A DNA stretch of 32,000 nt from Nanobdellota archaeon (GTDB taxonomy: Archaea > Nanobdellota > Nanobdellia > Woesearchaeales > UBA9642), in NCBI GenBank assembly GCA_021813435.1, contig JAKAKR010000007.1:66857-98856 (forward strand), in the 5' to 3' direction. The notes beneath the pieces are model-generated. The model was not told the DNA's origin, did no database searches, and saw nothing but the letters and a program-made list of their open reading frames with translations. Of the stretch, positions 26,356 through 32,000 are shown piece by piece. The position numbers and the translations under genes are program-made. Every line of letters starts with the position of its first letter. Positions within the stretch are counted from its first letter, which is position 1.

Positions 26356-26452
26356 TGGAGTGTTGATTAGCGGGTATCAATGATAGCACGCGATTAGTTC
26401 TATTTTTGTATGCATTTGCACTGGACACACTAGACTTTTCTGCGCAGGGTAT

Positions 26453-26563
26453 TTAAAGAACTTCTTGCAGTAATAGATCATTCACGCAGCTGATGAAGCT
26501 GATACTGAATAACATACCCAATGGAAACAACCCCTTTGCAAGCACCCCAAGGATTGTTTTCAT
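26453..26563 (-). CDS. tentative 36-aa hydrophobic mini-ORF (MKTILGVLAKGLFPLGMLFSISFISCVNDLLLQEVL)
   Basis: Hand translation: ATG 26563, TAA 26453-26455. An AT-rich TATA-like stretch lies just upstream on the minus strand. No SD and no conservation evidence. Confidence 0.2.
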   Translation of the reverse strand: MKTILGVLAKGLFPLGMLFSISFISCVNDLLLQEVL

Positions 26564-26624
26564 TTGTGTATATTTTATTTTCGCAACAGAGCACTGGCGC
26601 AATCGCGCCATAACGGAGGAAAAG

Positions 26625-26771
26625 ATGACACAAACAACAACTGCAACGACCGGATTTACGGCAATACCTGAAGAGACGTATAGGTACCAGAACGATGACC
26701 TGGTATTTATTGAGGGATTGTTCTACAACCAGATCATGGCACTCTCAAAACAGGCGGCAAAAGTCGCATGA
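26625..26771 (+). CDS. small hypothetical protein (48 aa)
   Basis: ATG 26625 lies 4 nt after GGAGG (26616-26620). The ORF-track extension back to 26493 is rejected. Confidence 0.4.
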   Translation: MTQTTTATTGFTAIPEETYRYQNDDLVFIEGLFYNQIMALSKQAAKVA

Positions 26772-26838
26772 TCACGCATCATCCCCTGCACTGCAAGCAG
26801 GATAGTGTATCATTATCACATTGTTGGAGGTGGCTACA

Positions 26839-26955
26839 ATGAGAAAAACATCCGCACGGAAAAGAATCATGGGATTGCTTGAGGAATACGAGAACCGGGA
26901 TCTCTTTGATGAACGCATATCACTCATGGAACGAAAGCTCGAGATAGCAGGATAA
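26839..26955 (+). CDS. small hypothetical protein (38 aa, MRKTSARKRIMGLLEEYENRDLFDERISLMERKLEIAG)
   Basis: Below the ORF-track size cut-off and found by hand. GGAGGTG (26826-26832) lies 6 nt before ATG 26839. TAA is at 26953-26955, followed by a T8 tract. Confidence 0.35.
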   Translation: MRKTSARKRIMGLLEEYENRDLFDERISLMERKLEIAG

Positions 26956-27125
26956 TCAGTTTTTTTTATTTCTATTTCTACGAGTAGATTCTTCTTTTTT
27001 TATTTATAAATTATTCATCACTTCTTATATATGGCTTATAAATAATATATTGTTAAATTATATACTTCACGACCACAATACATATAAATTGAATTATTAG
27101 AATAGATACCGGTGGAGGCGATAGC

Positions 27126-28253
27126 ATGACAATTGTTGTATCCCAAAACGGCAAAGATGCGCGGATTCTCGAAAAAGAGATTATTGATAAAGAGAATTAC
27201 CTTCAAGAATATATTTTTAATAATCCTGAATCTGTTAAAATTTACGATATTAAAGAGGATACAAAGCTTCTTATTGTTTCTAGAGAATTTCCTACGAACA
27301 GCGGGCCAATTGATGCTTTAGCATTGGATAAGTATGGCAATATCTACATCATTGAAACAAAACTTTACAAGAATGCTGACAAGAGGAAGGTGGTGGCGCA
27401 AGCATTGGATTATGGTGCTGCACTATGGAAGAAATTCAATGATTTTAACAAATTTAAATCTATTATCAGTGAATCAGTTGTAAAGCAATTTGACCAAAGT
27501 TTAGAGGATAAATTCATGCAGTTTTTTGGATTCCTTGAATATGATGATACACTTAAGTTGTTGGAGAATGCCAGAGACAATCTCGACAAAGGACACTTTA
27601 AATTCGTCATACTAATGGATAGCGTGGATGAGCGATTGAAAGATCTTATCTTGTTTATGAATGAAAACAGTGATTTTGAAATATACTGTGTTGAACTTGA
27701 ATATTATAAACATGATTCGTATGAGATAGTTATACCCAAACTGTACGGAGCAGAATACAAGAAAACGCAATCTAAAGAAACAATAAATTCAACCGCAGCA
27801 CCGATATCAAAAAACGATTTTATAGAATACTGTGACACAAATGTTCATGAGCGGGTAGAACGTCAAGTTGTTGACGAACTGTTGCAATTTGCGGAATCAC
27901 AAGCGGACAGAATGGGCTGGGGAAGAGGAAAAGAACCCAACTTTACATTCCGTGTAGAATATTCACCAGGAAAATATATCACACTATTCCAGTTATGGGC
28001 GCATGGCAGAATCAATGTTTATGGTTGGCTGATGGGTGGTCTGTTAGGAAACCCTGATCTTAAACCATACAACGAAGAGATAGAGAAATACTTCAAAGAA
28101 ATAACAGCTATCACTGGGAAAACAGCAATAGTCAATATGCGTGAAACCCAAGAATTCAGCTACAAAGTATTTTCAACCCCTGAAAAAATGAATGAATTCA
28201 AAAAAGCAGTATTGAGATTAAAAACGGCATTAAAAATACCAAAACAAATGTAA
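27126..28253 (+). CDS. PD-(D/E)XK nuclease-fold protein (NucS/DUF91-like core) with uncharacterised C-terminal half
   Basis: GPIDALALDKYGNIYIIETKLYKN fits the restriction-endonuclease-like D ... (D/E)-x-K core. It is followed by VVAQALDYGAALW and FVILMDSVDERLKDLILFMNENSDFEIYCVELEYY. GGTGGAGG (27111-27118) precedes ATG 27126. Confidence 0.6.
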   Translation: MTIVVSQNGKDARILEKEIIDKENYLQEYIFNNPESVKIYDIKEDTKLLIVSREFPTNSGPIDALALDKYGNIYIIETKLYKNADKRKVVAQALDYGAALWKKFNDFNKFKSIISESVVKQFDQSLEDKFMQFFGFLEYDDTLKLLENARDNLDKGHFKFVILMDSVDERLKDLILFMNENSDFEIYCVELEYYKHDSYEIVIPKLYGAEYKKTQSKETINSTAAPISKNDFIEYCDTNVHERVERQVVDELLQFAESQADRMGWGRGKEPNFTFRVEYSPGKYITLFQLWAHGRINVYGWLMGGLLGNPDLKPYNEEIEKYFKEITAITGKTAIVNMRETQEFSYKVFSTPEKMNEFKKAVLRLKTALKIPKQM

Positions 28254-28264
28254 ACACGATTAAA

Positions 28265-28879
28265 ATGAATGTTGAAAAATTGATTTATAGAGCAAATTGC
28301 TTTTGTGTCGAACGTAAGTATAGTATAGCTCTAAGAATTTACGAGAAGATACTGAAATCTAATCCAAATAATAAAGACGCTCACAGAGGAAAAAAATCAT
28401 GCCTTTTCGGCTTAAAAAGATATGATAAGCTGATCGCTATCTGTGATAAAACTTTAAAGATTGATCCAAAAAATTTTCGAGTAATAGAAGAAAAGATTAG
28501 TTGTCTTCGTAACTTAGGAAAACACAAACAAGCTCTCAAATTAAACGCGTATTATCTTAAGATTCGACCTTATTATTTTCACGCATTATTTGACCGAGGA
28601 ATCATTGCATATCAGCTAAAAAAATACTCCGAATCGATAAAGGCATTTAATCTTGCACTACACAGGAAAGCAAATGGGTATAAACGTGACGAATTCCATA
28701 AAAGAGATTTAGGCTATGCTCACGTCCATATGGGTAATGCATGGAAAAAGCTGGGAAAGAACGACAAAGCAAAAGACGAGTATGTATGGGCGATGCAAGC
28801 GTGGCCTAGAAAAGATATAGCATTCTTCATGAGAATTATACTTAAAGAATTAGACGAGATAAAGAAGACGCATTCTTAA
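28265..28879 (+). CDS. TPR-repeat protein
   Basis: There are several 34-residue repeats of the TPR pattern (for example YSIALRIYEKILKSNPNNKDAH, YDKLIAICDKTLKIDPKNFRV, YSESIKAFNLAL, HVHMGNAWKKLGKNDKAKDEY). It starts 11 nt after the nuclease stop. Confidence 0.75.
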   Translation: MNVEKLIYRANCFCVERKYSIALRIYEKILKSNPNNKDAHRGKKSCLFGLKRYDKLIAICDKTLKIDPKNFRVIEEKISCLRNLGKHKQALKLNAYYLKIRPYYFHALFDRGIIAYQLKKYSESIKAFNLALHRKANGYKRDEFHKRDLGYAHVHMGNAWKKLGKNDKAKDEYVWAMQAWPRKDIAFFMRIILKELDEIKKTHS

Positions 28880-29015
28880 ATAGAAACTGCGCTAGTTATT
28901 CAAATCATATATTTCATTTTTACAGCTAAAAAACATCGGGATTTTAGTTCGTGTTATATTCTTCGTTAACTTTTTCTTTCAATACCTTTTTAAATCTGCA
29001 AAATCTCCTCCTAGT

Positions 29016-29660
29016 ATGATTATCTTAAATTTTGACGAGTACAACACGCACCGCAAGACCCTGCTCCGCGATTTGCATCACTCGGTTTTCGTTTATCCGA
29101 CAGATACGATCTATGGCATCGGCTGTGATGCAACAAATGAGAAACTCGTTCAGAAAATCCGGCTGCTCAAGAAGAGCGCGCAGCCATTCTCGATCATTGT
29201 CCCGAACAAGGACTGGATCTATCATCATTGTGTGATGACTGCAGAGGCCGAGGAGTGGGTAAGAAAGCTTCCTGGACCGTATACGCTGATTCTGCGTTTG
29301 AAAAACAAGAATGCAGTCGCGCGCAATGTGCATAATGTAAAGGGGGCTGATTCCCCGACTATTGGTGTGCGTATGCCAAACCATTGGTTTCTTGCAGTAG
29401 CATATCAGCTTAATCGTCCGATTATAACAACATCGGCAAATGTCACTGGCGGAGATTTTATGACATCGCTGGACACGCTCGATCCGCAGATAAGGACTGC
29501 AGTCGACTACATATTCTATGATGGGCCGAAACAGGGCGTGCTTTCTACACTTATCCATCTTGAGGGAGCTGCGGTCGTGGTGCAGCCCCGGACACCGATA
29601 AAACGCTCATCTCCTAAGATACAATTTCCTATTGAAGAAGTAAAGCTTGTCGAAAAGTGA
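29016..29660 (+). CDS. tsaC: threonylcarbamoyl-AMP synthase, YrdC/Sua5 family (YrdC-domain-only form)
   Basis: VFVYPTDTIYGIGCDA, KKSAQPFSIIV, PGPYTLIL, GVRMPNH and TTSANVTGG match the family. TATA-like TTTTTAAAT lies about 21 nt upstream of the ATG. Confidence 0.85.
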   Translation: MIILNFDEYNTHRKTLLRDLHHSVFVYPTDTIYGIGCDATNEKLVQKIRLLKKSAQPFSIIVPNKDWIYHHCVMTAEAEEWVRKLPGPYTLILRLKNKNAVARNVHNVKGADSPTIGVRMPNHWFLAVAYQLNRPIITTSANVTGGDFMTSLDTLDPQIRTAVDYIFYDGPKQGVLSTLIHLEGAAVVVQPRTPIKRSSPKIQFPIEEVKLVEK

Positions 29661-29664
29661 TCGT

Positions 29665-30303
29665 ATGAAAATTCTTTCTGCAGGAGATCTGCATGGTGAT
29701 GCAGGTATTGCAAAAAAGCTTGCGCAAAAAGCAGCAAAGGAAGGAGTAGATATTGTCATACTCTGCGGGGATCTCACTGAAGCAGATGAAAAAACTGACA
29801 ATCTTATCGGCCCATTCCTCAAGTACAAGAAGAAGGTCTTAGTGGTTCCTGGAAATCATGAAGGACTTGCAACTGTTGATTTTCTCGAACAGCTTTATGG
29901 CATCAAGAACCTGCACGGCTACTCCATGCGATTCATTGAACCCTCGACGAAAGGAGCGCAGGGAAAATCGCAGAGCATCGGAATCTTCGGCTGTTCGGCA
30001 GTCAATGTCGGAATCCATCAGATAACAGATCGGGAAACATATGATCTGCTCAAGAAAGGACATGATTATATCAAGGATACCGGGGTGAAGATCATGGTGA
30101 CCCATGTTCATCCTGCTGATTCCAAAATGGAAAAATTCACGAATTTTATCCCCGGCAGCAAGGCAGTGCGCAGGGCAATCGATACTTTCAAGCCAGACAT
30201 CCTTCTCTGCTCGCATGTCCATGAAGCCGAAGGACTCGAAGAAAAAATCGGCAAAACCCGCGTCATCAATGTTGGCCAGCGGGGAAAGATCTTTGAGATA
30301 TAA
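29665..30303 (+). CDS. calcineurin-like metallophosphoesterase
   Basis: MKILSAGDLHGD, CGDLT, GNHE, VTHVHP and CSHVH metal-binding motifs are present. ATG 29665 lies just after the tsaC stop; the TTG 29647 of the ORF track is rejected. Confidence 0.8.
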   Translation: MKILSAGDLHGDAGIAKKLAQKAAKEGVDIVILCGDLTEADEKTDNLIGPFLKYKKKVLVVPGNHEGLATVDFLEQLYGIKNLHGYSMRFIEPSTKGAQGKSQSIGIFGCSAVNVGIHQITDRETYDLLKKGHDYIKDTGVKIMVTHVHPADSKMEKFTNFIPGSKAVRRAIDTFKPDILLCSHVHEAEGLEEKIGKTRVINVGQRGKIFEI

Positions 30304-30333
30304 TACGGTACCGTTGTCTTTCTTTTTTCATGC

Positions 30334-30579
30334 TCATCTTTGCGGATGATACTTATAATCAACGTCATCATCATGTTTCTTATACATTTGCTTGCAGTCC
30401 TGTTCTATCCGGGTCCTTGCATGACATGAGATAAATTGCGGGTATTTGTCGAAAAACGCATCACTGATATTGGCGACTGTCCGCGGATTCATTTCTTTAA
30501 CATGATGCGATTTGACGTATGCAGTGATGAATCCCCTGATATTCTCGTTTGTTAACTCATCTTCATCGAGTAGGGCCAT
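30334..30579 (-). CDS. small hypothetical protein (81 aa) apparently translationally coupled to rtcB
   Basis: ATG 30579 is separated by 2 nt from the rtcB stop (30582-30584). No motif recognised. Confidence 0.5.
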   Translation of the reverse strand: MALLDEDELTNENIRGFITAYVKSHHVKEMNPRTVANISDAFFDKYPQFISCHARTRIEQDCKQMYKKHDDDVDYKYHPQR

Positions 30580-30581
30580 GA

Positions 30582-32000
30582 TTATCCCTTGATGACTCCG
30601 AGCGGTACAAGCCGTGCGACCTTGTTGCCGATGCCGATGCCGTGACTGACACGGATGACTTCGTCGATGTCCTTATACATCTGGGGCGCTTCTTCAGCAA
30701 TTCCCTTCATGCTGTTGCCCTTGACTTCAATCCCTTTGATCCTGAGCGCATCAACAACCTCGCTTCCTTTCAATGTGCGTAGTGCCTCTGCCCTGCTTGC
30801 TACACGTCCTGCACCATGCGCAGTGCTTGCAAATGATGCCTCCTCGGCGGCTTTTGTCCCGACAAGAACATAGGATGCGGTTCCCATGGATCCGGGGATG
30901 ATGATGGGCTGGCCGTACTTGCGATAGACCTCAGGAATTTCTTCACGTCCAGGTCCAAAGCTGCGCGTTGCGCCCTTGCGATGCACGCAGACTTTGCGTT
31001 TTTCTCCATCGACAGTGTGCTTCTCGAATTTTCCGATATTATGACAGACATCATAGACAACGTCGACATGTTCGCTTGAGCCGTACACCTGTTCGAGCGC
31101 CTTGCGTACTTGGTGGGTTATAACTTGTTTATTGGTGAATGCAAAATTTGCTGCAGCGCCCATGGCCTTGAGGTATTTCTGTCCGAGATCAGAATTGATT
31201 GGCGCATTGATAAGTTCACGGTCAGGAAGGTCTGCAAAACCATACTTTTCTTCCATGAGTTTGATATAATCACTTGCGACCTGATGGCCTAATCCGCGCG
31301 ATCCGCAATGAATCATGATCATGACCTGTCCGATATGCGTGATGCCGAATGCCCGGGCAATATGCTCGTCATAGATCTCATCGACTTTTTGCAATTCAAG
31401 AAAATGATTTCCTGAGCCAAGGGTTCCAATCTGGGGGACTCCACGTGCAAGCGCCCTATCACTGATAAGGCTTGGATCTGCTGCAAGATGTCCGTTCTCT
31501 TCAGTGCGTTCAATATCTGCATGCGTGCCATATCCGTGATCTACTGCCCACGCTGCGCCTTTTTCCATGAGTTCAAGAATATCACTGGTGGTAAAATCAA
31601 TGATTCCCTTGCGTCCGACACCAACCGGGACGCGTTTGAATAATTCATTCAGTAGTGCAGTGCGCTGGGTGAGGATCTGATCAGCAGTATAGTCTGTACG
31701 CAGCAATCGGACACTGCAATTGATATCATACCCGATACCGCCTGGGCTTACAATTCCTTCATTCGCATCGAATGCTGCGACTCCACCGATTGGAAAACCA
31801 TATCCTTCATGCGCATCAGGCATAGCGTACGCGCTCTTGACAATTCCTGGGAGTTGCGCGACATTCATGATCTGGTTGAATGTGCGGTCAGTTCGTACTG
31901 CGCTCATAAGTTTTTCTGAGGAATAGATGATTGCGGGAACTTGCATTGCTCCCTCTTTTTCAATCTTCCAGGTGAATTCATTGATTTTCGCCAGTTGCAT
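30582..32000 (-). CDS. rtcB: RNA-splicing ligase RtcB
   Basis: MPDAHEGYGFPIGGV, GYDINC, SGNHFLE, HCGSRGLGHQV and HGAGR motifs are present. ATG lies exactly at 31998-32000, and the N-terminus resembles full-length archaeal RtcB (472 aa). Confidence 0.95.
   Translation of the reverse strand: MQLAKINEFTWKIEKEGAMQVPAIIYSSEKLMSAVRTDRTFNQIMNVAQLPGIVKSAYAMPDAHEGYGFPIGGVAAFDANEGIVSPGGIGYDINCSVRLLRTDYTADQILTQRTALLNELFKRVPVGVGRKGIIDFTTSDILELMEKGAAWAVDHGYGTHADIERTEENGHLAADPSLISDRALARGVPQIGTLGSGNHFLELQKVDEIYDEHIARAFGITHIGQVMIMIHCGSRGLGHQVASDYIKLMEEKYGFADLPDRELINAPINSDLGQKYLKAMGAAANFAFTNKQVITHQVRKALEQVYGSSEHVDVVYDVCHNIGKFEKHTVDGEKRKVCVHRKGATRSFGPGREEIPEVYRKYGQPIIIPGSMGTASYVLVGTKAAEEASFASTAHGAGRVASRAEALRTLKGSEVVDALRIKGIEVKGNSMKGIAEEAPQMYKDIDEVIRVSHGIGIGNKVARLVPLGVIKG

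Noticed and set aside
26493-26624. N-terminal extension of the 92-aa ORF
   Set aside because: A strong GGAGG immediately precedes the internal ATG 26625. The extension also overlaps the opposite-strand hydrophobic mini-ORF and AT-rich promoter-like sequence.
1-32000. CRISPR arrays, tRNA/rRNA genes, transposases or integrases, prophage genes
   Set aside because: I found no regularly spaced direct repeats of 24-40 nt, no tRNA-like T-arm or cloverleaf candidates in spacers, and no recombinase motifs by eye. Absence cannot be proven without tRNAscan, Infernal or HMM searches.
21349-32000. Inteins in RtcB, DNA ligase or Cdc6
   Set aside because: Protein lengths are normal (472, 585 and 353 aa) and the catalytic motifs are contiguous, with no Cys/Ser...HN insertions.

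Overview
Densely packed archaeal chromosomal segment. Archaeal or eukaryote-type genes are present: Orc1/Cdc6, ATP-dependent DNA ligase, RNA polymerase subunit Rpo7(E') plus Spt4, ribosomal proteins S24e and S27ae, class I CCA-adding enzyme, RtcB and FtsZ. The host is therefore an FtsZ-dividing archaeon (euryarchaeal or DPANN-like); the lineage cannot be fixed from this window. I call about 36 protein genes plus three tentative mini-ORFs. I found no rRNA, tRNA, CRISPR array, transposase or integrase. Genes are tightly packed: two convergent pairs share overlapping stop codons (TTAA at 1843-1846, CTAG at 8921-8924). Many first genes have a TATA box about 20-30 nt upstream of the ATG (leaderless-type), while internal genes often carry GGAGG-type Shine-Dalgarno (SD) sites. 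Several ORF-track starts are TTG/GTG extensions, which I trimmed to ATG codons with promoter or SD support. Main items for follow-up: (1) a low-GC insert between cdc6 and tsaC encoding a PD-(D/E)XK nuclease with a large uncharacterised C-terminal region, a TPR protein 11 nt downstream, and SD-led mini-ORFs upstream, which is a candidate undescribed conflict or defence module; (2) a ChlI/MoxR-type AAA+ ATPase plus VWA pair converging on a stand-alone C39-like cysteine peptidase; (3) ORB-like (origin recognition box) inverted repeats directly upstream of cdc6 (candidate oriC), and a second AT-rich spacer of about 560 bp upstream of ftsZ with phased TCGCCAA iteron-like boxes; (4) GGAATATTCCGAT palindromes bracketing an HTH_10 regulator gene; (5) a signal-peptide, beta-strand-rich, barrel-like protein. 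All homology statements come from motif recognition by eye; no database search or folding was run.
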